From: Thermoproteota archaeon
GTDB lineage: Archaea; Korarchaeota; Korarchaeia; Korarchaeales; Korarchaeaceae
NCBI GenBank assembly: GCA_027491415.1
Contig: JAOZFH010000026.1
Coordinates: 32,001-96,000, forward strand
Reading direction: 5' to 3'
Length of the DNA stretch: 64,000 nucleotides
Shown: one piece after another, positions 17,780 through 26,738 of the stretch
How positions within the stretch are numbered: position 1 is the stretch's first letter
How the letters are laid out: each line of letters begins with the position of its first letter
Translations under genes and position numbers: made by a program
The notes under the pieces: model-generated
Told to the model about the DNA's origin: nothing
The model's database searches: none
What the model saw: only the letters and a program-made list of their open reading frames with translations

Positions 17780-18760
17780 GTGAGGGGACTCAGCGAGGTC
17801 GAGGTTATCTCCAGGCTGGCTTCAATCAGCCGGGCCGCGAGAGGGGGCCTCCTTCCCATTGGCGTGGACGACGCCACGGCCCTCCAACTTGAGGGAACCT
17901 ACGTGGTGAACATCGACACAGTGACCGAGAGCGCCGACCTTCTCCCGGGCATGGGGCTGCGCAGACTTGCGAGGAAGGTCGTCGTCCAGACCTTCTCCGA
18001 CGTGGCCGCCAAGGGTGCCACGCCCCAGCACTTCTTCCTGTCTATGTGTATCCCCAGCTCCTTCGGGAGGGCTGAACTTGACGAGGTGGCGCGGGGAATT
18101 GAGTGGGGACTGGAGGAGGTGGATGCCCAGCTCATGGGAGGGGACGTTGACTCCTCCGGCGAGCTTGTCCTGACGGGCGTCGGCGTGGGCAGGTCCGCGG
18201 GCCGAGTAGTACCCAGAGGGGGGGCGAGGCCGGGCGACATGATCGCGGTCACCGGAACATTTGGGTGGACCTGGCTCGGGTACAGGATCGCCCTCGGCCA
18301 AATAGACGCCCCAGATCGGATTAGAGAGAGGGCACTGGCGGCCGTCTACGAGCCGCGGGCCTCGATCGAGCAGGGCAAGATCTTGGGGTCTCTTGAGGGC
18401 GTCAGGGCCTCGGCCGACAGCAGCGACGGCCTGTTCAAGACCCTGTACTCGATCGCCAAGGCGAGCGGCGTCAGGATCGTGGTCGTCGAACTACCCGTGG
18501 ACCCGGAGCTGGAGGACTTCATGTCGTCGGAGGGGGTCGACCCAGTGGACGCCGTATTCTACGGTGGGGAGGAGTTCCACCTGGCCGTGTCCGTCGACCC
18601 GGCCGAGTTCAGAACGGCGAGGCAGCGACTTCGCTCCAGGGGATACGAGCTGATTGAGATAGGGAGGGTCGAGGCGGGGGAGGGGGTCTACCTCGAGCTG
18701 GAAGGCGAGGCCGTCCCCCTGAGGGAAGGGGGATGGGACTCCGTCGCGGGGCGCCTATAG
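17780..18760 (+). CDS. thiL: Thiamine-monophosphate kinase
   Basis: DDA, SDVAAKGA, GGD, DSSDGL and GGEEF motifs. Confidence 0.9.
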   Translation: MRGLSEVEVISRLASISRAARGGLLPIGVDDATALQLEGTYVVNIDTVTESADLLPGMGLRRLARKVVVQTFSDVAAKGATPQHFFLSMCIPSSFGRAELDEVARGIEWGLEEVDAQLMGGDVDSSGELVLTGVGVGRSAGRVVPRGGARPGDMIAVTGTFGWTWLGYRIALGQIDAPDRIRERALAAVYEPRASIEQGKILGSLEGVRASADSSDGLFKTLYSIAKASGVRIVVVELPVDPELEDFMSSEGVDPVDAVFYGGEEFHLAVSVDPAEFRTARQRLRSRGYELIEIGRVEAGEGVYLELEGEAVPLREGGWDSVAGRL

Positions 18761-19447
18761 GGGAATTCTGTAGGCGGCCCCGTCCTCCGGAACTATCACG
18801 TTGACGGAGGGAAGGGCCTTCTTGGCCCTCTCGGCGAACTTCGCCAGTTCGTCCTCGCTCCCGTTTATTGGGACTGTCGTGGAGGCGCTGAGGATTCTCG
18901 CTATCCTTATCGCGTCGTTGACGCTGGCGGTCGGGGAGGTCCCTCCAACCGGGACGAATGCGATGTCCACGGGAGCGAAGGCCCGGAACGCCGTTGAGTA
19001 GGCGGTCCCCGACCCGTGGAACGCAGCGGCCTCGTCGGTCTCTATCAGAAACACGAGCGGGTTCAGCCCAGGGTGGACCGCCCTGAGGGCGTGGATTCTG
19101 AGTCCGTCCAGGTCTACGGACTCTCCCGGCCTCAGCCGCGCGATATTCTCATCGGGAACTAGCCTCCTCAGGTCCTTGAACACCGCCTTATTCGTCACCA
19201 CGGCCGCGTCCGTCTGCCTGGCGAGCCTCACGACGAGGTCTCTGCTGTAGTGATAGCTTCGGTCCTGAGTCACCGCTATGACGTCTAACCTCTCTATCGC
19301 CCTTATCTCCTCCTCCGACAGCTGCGATCCCGGGTCTAGCAGGATCAAGCGGGACTCCAGATTGAGCAGGATGCAGGACGGCAGCCTGATGTAGAAGGAG
19401 TTTCGCTCCCTCAGCACCCAGCCTATTGCCTCAGTTCCCCGGATCAA
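18755..19447 (-). CDS. Metallo-beta-lactamase-fold protein with degenerate metal sites
   Basis: The fold pattern (LLDPG, DIAFVPVGG) is kept, but THxHxDH has become TQDRSYH. Confidence 0.7.
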   Translation of the reverse strand: MIRGTEAIGWVLRERNSFYIRLPSCILLNLESRLILLDPGSQLSEEEIRAIERLDVIAVTQDRSYHYSRDLVVRLARQTDAAVVTNKAVFKDLRRLVPDENIARLRPGESVDLDGLRIHALRAVHPGLNPLVFLIETDEAAAFHGSGTAYSTAFRAFAPVDIAFVPVGGTSPTASVNDAIRIARILSASTTVPINGSEDELAKFAERAKKALPSVNVIVPEDGAAYRIPL

Positions 19448-19887
19448 GGCTCCTCCTTCCTCCTAACCTGAGCGGTCTGACCCGTGGCCGCTGACTCAAA
19501 GGCTTCTAAGCCGGAGACGACCTTTCCCAGCAGCAGGACGGGGGCGGGGAGCCTTATCCTCTTCAGCGCGATGATCAGGGCCTCCTTGGAGGGAACGAAG
19601 GCGACCTCCCCACGGCGGAGCTCACGCCTACCCTTCTCCAGCTTTGAGGTCATCTCAACGAAGAGGTAGACCTTTGGGCCGTCTCTGACGACCAGAGCCC
19701 TCTTGGGGAGATTCCTGTAGAGCCTCTCGGCTGTCAGTGGGGATAAGTGGCGCTTTATCTCAATATCAGCCGTCCCTGACGGCATTACCACCTCTACCAC
19801 GTAACTCTCAACAGACTCAACCAGCCCCCACACCTCCCGGGTAGCGAAAAAGCGGGGCTCGGTATGTGATGATGTGGGCTCCTCCAT
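19444..19887 (-). CDS. Cyclophilin-like fold protein (DUF369/TM1367-like)
   Basis: SPLTAERLYRNLP...RGEVAF.P...LLGKV pattern; start uncertain. Confidence 0.65.
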   Translation of the reverse strand: MEEPTSSHTEPRFFATREVWGLVESVESYVVEVVMPSGTADIEIKRHLSPLTAERLYRNLPKRALVVRDGPKVYLFVEMTSKLEKGRRELRRGEVAFVPSKEALIIALKRIRLPAPVLLLGKVVSGLEAFESAATGQTAQVRRKEEP

Positions 19888-19923
19888 AATAAAACACTCG
19901 CCCCCACCCGGGGGCGAGGGCTC

Positions 19924-20163
19924 TCAGGCCTTGGCGCCGCGGTAAATCCTCAGCTTGGAGTTTCCATCCACGTAGACAACCAGACCCTCCTTCTCAAAGC
20001 GTCGAAGGAGCCTCTTCGCCACGCTGACCCTGATGTCGTACTTCAGCGCGAGTGACTGGGGGGTGACGACCCTCGCCCGCTGGACGTACTTCGTTATCTC
20101 CTCTAGGAGTTCAGGTGTGACATCTGGAGCCCTGACCTTCTTCTCGGTGACCTGCGAACTCAT
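19924..20163 (-). CDS. rps25e: 30S ribosomal protein S25e
   Basis: Small basic protein with VVTPQSLA..YDIRVSVAKRLLR...IY. Confidence 0.85.
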   Translation of the reverse strand: MSSQVTEKKVRAPDVTPELLEEITKYVQRARVVTPQSLALKYDIRVSVAKRLLRRFEKEGLVVYVDGNSKLRIYRGAKA

Positions 20164-20256
20164 GCCAATCGTGTGGGGGGCTCACCACGCCTATATCAGG
20201 TTTGCGGAGCAACCGTGATTTATATAACCCTCACCTCTTAGCCGGTTTGAGGAGAA

Positions 20257-20712
20257 ATGGATCTGCCTCCCGTTCCGTCAAACCTGAATAGCCTGCTAGG
20301 CGAGTTTCTGGACGTGAACAACGTCGTAGCAGTAGTCGGCGCGTCTAGAAACCCTGAGAAGTGGGGGTACAAGCTCTACAAGTTCTTCAAAGATGAGTTC
20401 TACAAGAGGGTCTATCCCGTGAACCCGAAAGCCGAGACCGTCGACGGAGACAGAGCCTACCCGTCTCTAGACAGGCTCCCGGAGAGGCCGGACGTGGTCA
20501 ACGTTGTGGTGCCCCCTGAGGTCAGTCGAAGGATCGCCAGAGAGGCTGCTGAACTCGGGATCGAGAGAATATGGTTCCAGCCAGGGTCGGAGGACGAGGA
20601 GGCTATTGGAACGTGTCTGAGGGCCGGTATGAAGGTCGTTTGGGGAGTCTGCATGATGGAAGAGAGTTTGAAGAGGGGGATAGTCCCCCCGAGGTTTGGA
20701 CCGATCGGCTAG
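20257..20712 (+). CDS. CoA-binding protein (YccU-like)
   Basis: AVVGASRNPEK, YPVNP, WFQPG and C motifs. Confidence 0.9.
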   Translation: MDLPPVPSNLNSLLGEFLDVNNVVAVVGASRNPEKWGYKLYKFFKDEFYKRVYPVNPKAETVDGDRAYPSLDRLPERPDVVNVVVPPEVSRRIAREAAELGIERIWFQPGSEDEEAIGTCLRAGMKVVWGVCMMEESLKRGIVPPRFGPIG

Positions 20713-21809
20713 AGGGGAAGCGGTGCCGTTAGGAGGAGTACCGCCAAGTACATCAGGGAGCCCACGACCTTCCTCGAGGTCGAGAGCGAGCTCACCTCGT
20801 CGAGCGGGGGAGGGTGCCTCGTGAACGTAAACAGCGCCACCAGGAGGGCCATGAAGGGGCTGTAAATCATGGCCACGAGTACGGCCAGCATACCCAGGGC
20901 CGCCCTCGCCCTGCCGCTGGGAATTATGGCGTATATGACGTGACCTCCATCTAGCTGGCCAGCCGGCAGCAGGTTGAGGAACGTCAGTATGAGGCCCGCC
21001 CACCCGGCGAACGCAATGGGGGACATGATTAGCGCAGTCCCCTCGGGAACCGAGAGGCCCCTCTGGATCAGGCCGAACAGCAGGGGCGTGGGAACGAATT
21101 GTAGCCCCTCCTCCTTTGCCAGCTGAGCGGCGACCTCCGAGGGCAGGACCGGGGAGGTCAGCAGGCCTATGACCGTGACGGCCACGGCAGGAATGAAGCC
21201 GGCCAGTGGACCGGAGATTCCCATGTCAAACACCTCGTCTCTGTTTACGGGGACCTTTGCGCTTCTTATGACGGCGCCGAACGTGCCCAGCGGAGGAGGC
21301 CCGGGGATGAATATTGGGGGTTCCCAGTCGCCCCCCCACCACCTAGTGGCCATCATATGCCCCAGCTCGTGCACGCCCAGTATGGCGAACAGGGGGATCA
21401 CGAAGAAGATCGGATCTATCAGCTTCATCGATCTCCCGAGTTCGCTGACGAACTGAACATCGACTCTGGTAACGAGGTCCCTGAAGCTGGAGGACAGCAT
21501 CCAACCGCTGATCCAGACCGTGGCGGCGCTCACCGCGAGCGAGAGCAGGCTCTTCCATGCGGCCAGGGGGCTGGGTCTCCTGACCCTCCTGACGAGGATC
21601 AGGTAGGCCCCCTGTTCTGTTCTAAGGAGCTTTGGTAGCATGTCCAGCTCATCCAGATCCTCAACGAGGAGGCGGAACTCCTGCTTCAGGTCGGACCCGG
21701 GCAGGAGAGTAACGAGAAAGTCGTATCCTCCAGAGACCTCTCTGACCTCCAGGACGTTGAAGTGCTTGGACACCGCACGAATTGGATCGTCAAAGAGGGG
21801 CTCGAACAT
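20709..21809 (-). CDS. Site-2 protease (M50 family)
   Basis: HELGH, GTFGAVI, SGPLAG and NLLPAGQLDGGH motifs. Confidence 0.9.
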   Translation of the reverse strand: MFEPLFDDPIRAVSKHFNVLEVREVSGGYDFLVTLLPGSDLKQEFRLLVEDLDELDMLPKLLRTEQGAYLILVRRVRRPSPLAAWKSLLSLAVSAATVWISGWMLSSSFRDLVTRVDVQFVSELGRSMKLIDPIFFVIPLFAILGVHELGHMMATRWWGGDWEPPIFIPGPPPLGTFGAVIRSAKVPVNRDEVFDMGISGPLAGFIPAVAVTVIGLLTSPVLPSEVAAQLAKEEGLQFVPTPLLFGLIQRGLSVPEGTALIMSPIAFAGWAGLILTFLNLLPAGQLDGGHVIYAIIPSGRARAALGMLAVLVAMIYSPFMALLVALFTFTRHPPPLDEVSSLSTSRKVVGSLMYLAVLLLTAPLPL

Positions 21810-21881
21810 CGCCTTTCGGATTTCTCCCCGGCGCGGGGGGTTAAAAATGTGGCTCGATGCGACCCCAGTGAGGGGGATCTG

Positions 21882-22424
21882 TTGGAGGGGGGCGAATACA
21901 GGATCCGCCGCTTCGATCCATCTGAAGATCTCAGCAGCGTTGTGAGGTTGAATCGGGTCTTCCTCCCGGAGAATTACCCCTCATACTTCTTCGTCGAAAA
22001 TCACAGGCGGTGCCCTGAGGGGTTCCTTGTAGCAGAGGCCGCCGACGGCTCCATAGTCGGGTACATCATGTGCAGGGTCGAGACGAAATTCACAGACGAC
22101 ATCACGCTCAGGGTGGGTCACGTCCTCTCCGTGGCGGTGGACAGGGCCCACAGGAGGAGGGGTATTGGGAGAGGGCTTATGCTGGAGGCGGAGAGGAATC
22201 TGGTGGAGGAGAGGGGGGTTGACCTGATGTACCTTGAGGTGCGCGTGTCGAACACGCCAGCCATCTCCCTCTACAGGAAGATAGGGTACGAAATCCTGGG
22301 GGTAATCCCGATGTACTACGCCGACGGGGAGGACGCCTACCTCATGTACAAGCCGACCTCTAGGTCCGCCACCCCCGACAGGATCAGGCGGGCGCTGGGG
22401 AGCAGGGTGAGGCAAGTAAATTAG
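21882..22424 (+). CDS. N-terminal acetyltransferase (Ard1/RimI-like GNAT)
   Basis: LPENY, GYIMCRVE, RRRGIG, LEVRVSN and YYADGEDAY motifs; TTG start assumed. Confidence 0.9.
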   Translation: MEGGEYRIRRFDPSEDLSSVVRLNRVFLPENYPSYFFVENHRRCPEGFLVAEAADGSIVGYIMCRVETKFTDDITLRVGHVLSVAVDRAHRRRGIGRGLMLEAERNLVEERGVDLMYLEVRVSNTPAISLYRKIGYEILGVIPMYYADGEDAYLMYKPTSRSATPDRIRRALGSRVRQVN

Positions 22425-22448
22425 CAACGGGGTGGGCCCGGCGCGCGG

Positions 22449-22685
22449 ATGTCCCGCGCATCCCCGCCAAGGGTGGACCTGAGGGGGAGGAAGTCGCCCC
22501 TCCCGGTGGTCAAGGTCGCGAAGGTCGTTAAGAAGATCAAGCCGGGGACGAGCGCCGAGTTCCTCGTAGACGACCTGAGGTCGCTGGAGGACATCCAGAA
22601 GTGGGCCGAGAGGACTGGCAACAAGATAACGAGGCTGGAGGATCGGGGGGGCTTCTGGAGGGTCGTGGTCAGAAAGAAGCTCTGA
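22449..22685 (+). CDS. TusA/SirA family protein lacking the catalytic Cys
   Basis: VDLRGRKSPLP (canonical D.RG..CP.P), VDD..S.EDI.KWA..TG. Confidence 0.8.
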   Translation: MSRASPPRVDLRGRKSPLPVVKVAKVVKKIKPGTSAEFLVDDLRSLEDIQKWAERTGNKITRLEDRGGFWRVVVRKKL

Positions 22686-23812
22686 GGGAGGGGTCTTGGA
22701 CGGAGGAACTCGACCTAGGCGCGCTCAGGGTTAGGGGCTGGAGCAGGGGCTGCGAGATATGCTGGCGAGGGGCGAAGATGGTCCTCTTCGTCACCGGGGC
22801 CTGTCCCAAGTATGACGAGTGTCCGTACTGCACGATCTCCCCTTGGAGACGGAACAGAGATGTGATCTACGCCGACGAGGTCGAGGTGAAGTCCGACGAA
22901 GACGTTCTCAGGGAGGCTCGACTCATCGAGGCTCAAGGAGTCGGGATAACGGGTGGAGAGCCTTCGGTGGTTCCGAGGAGGGTGGAGCACTACCTGCGTG
23001 TTCTGAAGGGTGAGTTCGGGGAGGGATTCCACGCCCACCTCTACACCAACGGATGGGGGATCACAGAGGAGGTCCTAGCCAGGTGGGTCGACGCCGGGCT
23101 GGACGAGATAAGGTTCCACATCTGGGACGAGGGCGGCTGGCAGAAGATCAGGCTGGCGGTGAAGTTCGACCTGAGGGTCGGCGCCGAGATGCCCGCCATC
23201 CCTGGCTCCCCCTGGGAGGATCGTCTGAGGGACCTCGCGGTGTTCCTCGATTCGGCCGGGGCCGAGTTCATGAACCTGAACGAGCTAGAGTTCACCGAGG
23301 GAAACAGGCGGTCCCTGCTGGCTATGGGTATGAGGCCGAGGCCAGACAGCGAGGTGGCAGCCATGGGCAGCAGGGAGGCGGCCACGAGGGTTCTGGAGTT
23401 CATCGAGCGAGAGACGGGCATCGACGGGTACTTCTGTCCAGCCCAGCAGAAGGACCACCAGATGTGGATGAGGTGGCGAAGGCGCGCCAAGAACGTCGCC
23501 GAGCCCTACGAGTCTCCGGAAGAGCGCGGGTCCCTCGTATACGGCGTGTTGAAGGGGGACGAAGAGGCGCTCTCCCTAGCGCTGGATCTACTGAGGGAGA
23601 GAGGGGTCCCGAAGGAGCGAATCCTGATCAAGCGGGGCGAGATAAGAGTGGCCCCTGAAGCCCTGATTGAACTAGCCGAGGAACTCGTGTCGCTCGGTCT
23701 CGAGGGAGAACTCGTCGAGGTTGCCCCGCTCGACGAGCGAATGGTTCTAGCGGAGTACCCCCTCGCCTACGTTGCGAGGCACGGGAAGGAGTGGGAAGAG
23801 GGGGGCGGGTAG
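22682..23812 (+). CDS. Radical SAM protein (COG2108-like)
   Basis: GCEIC..GAKMVLFVTG.C, CX5CX2C, ITGGEP, HLYT, LDEIRFH and NLNELE motifs. Start is uncertain (GTG 22601 or CTG 22682). Confidence 0.8.
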   Translation: MREGSWTEELDLGALRVRGWSRGCEICWRGAKMVLFVTGACPKYDECPYCTISPWRRNRDVIYADEVEVKSDEDVLREARLIEAQGVGITGGEPSVVPRRVEHYLRVLKGEFGEGFHAHLYTNGWGITEEVLARWVDAGLDEIRFHIWDEGGWQKIRLAVKFDLRVGAEMPAIPGSPWEDRLRDLAVFLDSAGAEFMNLNELEFTEGNRRSLLAMGMRPRPDSEVAAMGSREAATRVLEFIERETGIDGYFCPAQQKDHQMWMRWRRRAKNVAEPYESPEERGSLVYGVLKGDEEALSLALDLLRERGVPKERILIKRGEIRVAPEALIELAEELVSLGLEGELVEVAPLDERMVLAEYPLAYVARHGKEWEEGGG

Positions 23813-23832
23813 AGCGGCTGACCCTCTGCGGC

Positions 23833-25107
23833 TCAGACCAGTATCTCCTCGCCCGCCTCTGAGGGGGAGATTGCGGATATCCCGAACTCTTCGGTGAGTT
23901 CCTTGGCGAACCTTGCGGAGTACTCTCCGTGGATCGTCATTATGGCCTCTGGCTCGAGCTGCTTGACGAACCTCCTCAGCCCGCTGTCGCTGGCGTGAGC
24001 GGAGAAGTTCAGCTGGTTCACCTTCATCTGTATCTCGACCTCCTCGCCGTCTACGGTCATCCTGCCCTCCTCAATGAGCCTCCTGCCTTCCGTACCCTCA
24101 ATTTGGTAGCCGGTGAGGGTGACGGAACTCTTGGGGTCGTCCTTCAGCTCCTTGAGGTAGAAGTGCACCGGTCCACCCTCCAGCATCCCGGAGGTGGTCA
24201 GTATCACGTTGGGTCTCTTGACGAGCTTCTTCCTTAGTCTCCAGCCGTCCACGGGCTTGATGAACCTCTCGACGTACCTCAGGATGTCCGGGTCCCTGAC
24301 CCTGTCCGGGTAGGCGTCGGTTATCTCGGCGCCCCTCCTAGCCATCCCGTCGAGGAACATCCTGCCCCTGAAGCCCCTGGCCTTCAGCGCCATGGCGATC
24401 TCCAGCAGCCTGCCTATGGCGAAGCCCGCTATGACCGCCACGCCGCCGCTCCTCAGGGTCTCGTCAACGACCTCCTTCAGGAGCATCTCCTGCCCCTCCC
24501 TTCGGGGGTGCTCCTTGAACGCGTACGTGGACTCCATGATCAGGAGGTCGACCTTCGGTATGGACGTGTCCGCGGGGGGCATAAGCCTCGTCTCGCGCAT
24601 GTTGAGGTCTCCCGTGTAGAGTATGGACTTCCCGTCGTACCTGAGGTAGAACATGGCGCTCCCAGGTATGTGGCCGGCGTTGTAGGCCGTGATCTCGACG
24701 TCCCCAACCCTAAAGGGGACGCCGAACTCCACCTGCCTGAAGTTCGCCAGGGACTGCCTGACCTCCCTCATCCCGTAGGGCAGCGTGTGCCCCCTGGCCT
24801 TCGCCACCTTGATGGCGTCCGCCAGCAGGACGTCGCTGTAGTCCCTGGTGATGTCCAAGGCGTAGACCTTCGGCCACTTCCCCCTAGACCTGAACAGCGC
24901 GGGTATGGCGCCCGAGTGGTCTAGGTGAGCGTGAGAGAGCAGCACCGCGTCGACATCCTCCACCTCAGGCGGGAAGAGCGGCTGGCTCTTGGGGATCAGC
25001 TTCATCCCATAGTCCAGAAGGATCCTAGTATCACCCGCCTCAAGGAGGACGGCCGAGCGTCCAACCTCATTGTACCCACTGAGCACGGAAACTGACATCT
25101 TGCTCAT
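23833..25107 (-). CDS. Beta-CASP ribonuclease (aCPSF2-like, no KH domains)
   Basis: EVGRS, SHAHLDHSG, AGHIPGS, YTGD, ESTY, SGML.GGP, GYQ and FSAH motifs. Confidence 0.9.
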   Translation of the reverse strand: MSKMSVSVLSGYNEVGRSAVLLEAGDTRILLDYGMKLIPKSQPLFPPEVEDVDAVLLSHAHLDHSGAIPALFRSRGKWPKVYALDITRDYSDVLLADAIKVAKARGHTLPYGMREVRQSLANFRQVEFGVPFRVGDVEITAYNAGHIPGSAMFYLRYDGKSILYTGDLNMRETRLMPPADTSIPKVDLLIMESTYAFKEHPRREGQEMLLKEVVDETLRSGGVAVIAGFAIGRLLEIAMALKARGFRGRMFLDGMARRGAEITDAYPDRVRDPDILRYVERFIKPVDGWRLRKKLVKRPNVILTTSGMLEGGPVHFYLKELKDDPKSSVTLTGYQIEGTEGRRLIEEGRMTVDGEEVEIQMKVNQLNFSAHASDSGLRRFVKQLEPEAIMTIHGEYSARFAKELTEEFGISAISPSEAGEEILV

Positions 25108-25234
25108 GTCTCAGCTCACTCCCTTCAACACGGCGGTGGTCTCCGAGGCTCGCTGTCCTCGGGCCCCGCCTTCTCACGCTCTACTACGGCGCCTCACTAT
25201 TTAAGTGCGGCCCCTCAGGGGGAGGGGGGTAACC

Positions 25235-25561
25235 ATGGAGTTCGTATCCTACCAAGATTTCTCGAAGCTCGACCTCAGGGTGGCGCAGATTCTCTCCGCC
25301 AAGAAGGTGGAGGGGGCCGACAAGCTCCTCGTCCTCGAGATAGACCTGGGAGGCGAAAAGAGGCAGATCGTGGCGGGAATAGCCGAGTACTACTCCCCCG
25401 AGGAGCTGGTCGGCACCCAGATAGTCGTAGTGGCCAACCTGCAGCCCAGGAAGATCAGGGGGGTGTGGTCTCAGGGGATGCTGCTGGCGGCGGATGTGGA
25501 CGGCAGGCCCGTCCTGCTCAGGCCAGACAAGCCGGTGCCGCCCGGCAGCAAGGTCCTGTGA
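25235..25561 (+). CDS. tRNA-binding OB-fold protein (Trbp111/CsaA/MetRS C-terminal-like)
   Basis: DFSKLDLRVA, GADKL, RQIVAGI, NL.PRK and SQGMLLAA motifs. Confidence 0.9.
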   Translation: MEFVSYQDFSKLDLRVAQILSAKKVEGADKLLVLEIDLGGEKRQIVAGIAEYYSPEELVGTQIVVVANLQPRKIRGVWSQGMLLAADVDGRPVLLRPDKPVPPGSKVL

Positions 25562-25571
25562 CGCCAAGAGG

Positions 25572-25961
25572 TTAGCCCAGTGCCGGGAAGCGGTAGACCT
25601 CCACTCCCCTGTCCTCTATTTCCTCAAAGTCTAGGTAGGCGACGCCCTTCCTCTCGAGAGACCTGAGGATGCTCACAGCCACGTCGACCGGAATGCCGAG
25701 CTCTAGGGCGAGCTCCTCCGCCGTAAGTCTTCCTCCCTTCTCCTTGGCCACCCTGAGGGTCTCGGCCTCGATGCGCCCAAGCGCCACGCCGGACCTCTGC
25801 CTGATCCTCAGGAGGTAGATCGAGGCCCCCGCCAGGAACAGAAAGATGAGGGAAGGGAACACCCTCACCGGATTGTAGGCCGCGGCCACCGCGAAAACTA
25901 TGCCCAGGAGGCCGAAGAGCGCGGCCGCCCCGATGAGGATGAGGGATGGGGCGTCCCTCAT
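25572..25961 (-). CDS. Membrane protein with two N-terminal TM helices and a C-terminal winged helix
   Basis: Two hydrophobic segments followed by GRLTAEELALELGIPVDVA..IL..LE..G...GVEVYRF. Confidence 0.7.
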   Translation of the reverse strand: MRDAPSLILIGAAALFGLLGIVFAVAAAYNPVRVFPSLIFLFLAGASIYLLRIRQRSGVALGRIEAETLRVAKEKGGRLTAEELALELGIPVDVAVSILRSLERKGVAYLDFEEIEDRGVEVYRFPALG

Positions 25962-25970
25962 CGGATCCCC

Positions 25971-26681
25971 TCAGGCCCTTCCGAGTTCCTGCTTCAGCTT
26001 CGCCAGGTCGTCCTCGACGGCCTTCTGAATCTCAAGGGTCTTGAGTTCCTTCTCTATCTCGTCCCTCTCCTCGGGCTCCAGTATGTCCAGCTCTCCCCCT
26101 GCGGCCACGAGCTCGTCTATCGCGGCCGCGCGGGCCCTCATGTCCTCCACCTTGCTCTCCGCCCTCTCGATGGCCCTCGCCGCCGAGAGCATGTCGTCGG
26201 ACAGGCCGGAGAGGCTCTCCTTGACCTCGACCTGAGCCTTGGACACCTCGTACTCGGCCTTGAGCTTCTCCTTCTTGGCGCGGAAGAGTTCTATCCTCGT
26301 CTGGAGGGTCTCCCTGACCTGCTTCAGCTTCTCTTCGTCCTCCTTCATCTCCTCTATCTTCCGCTCGAGGGACTCCAGCTCGGCCTGCAGCACGTGCTTC
26401 CGCTCGAGGGCCTTCTTGGCCAGATCCTCCCTGCCCAGCTCGAGGGCCCTCCTGGCCTTCTCGTCGAGGTCCTCAACCTTCTCGCGAATCCTCTCGGCGT
26501 TGAACTCAAGCTTCTTCCGGGCCGTCATGGCCCTCGCGAGGGCCATGTCTACGTCGTGGAGCTGCTGGACCAGCTTGTCGTAGGCGTAGTCCAGCTGCTC
26601 CCTCGGGTCTTCAAAGCGGTCCAGAAGCTTGTTGAGTTTCGCCTCTATGCTTGCAACCAGGCGATCCCAGAAACCAGTCAT
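25971..26681 (-). CDS. pspA: PspA/IM30 family protein
   Basis: LDRFEDPREQL, A..AL..GREDLA..AL, ARAAAIDEL and a long coiled coil. Confidence 0.9.
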   Translation of the reverse strand: MTGFWDRLVASIEAKLNKLLDRFEDPREQLDYAYDKLVQQLHDVDMALARAMTARKKLEFNAERIREKVEDLDEKARRALELGREDLAKKALERKHVLQAELESLERKIEEMKEDEEKLKQVRETLQTRIELFRAKKEKLKAEYEVSKAQVEVKESLSGLSDDMLSAARAIERAESKVEDMRARAAAIDELVAAGGELDILEPEERDEIEKELKTLEIQKAVEDDLAKLKQELGRA

Positions 26682-26738
26682 GGGCAATCTGATTCTCACA
26701 CCTCGCCACGGGATAAAAATCTTGGGTCGGCGTGGGAG

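Noticed and set aside
19861-19925. TGATGA box-C-like motif and a GC hairpin between S25e and the cyclophilin-like gene
   Set aside because: No properly spaced CTGA box D. The hairpin CTCGCCCCC/GGGGGCGAG is more simply a terminator or stability stem.
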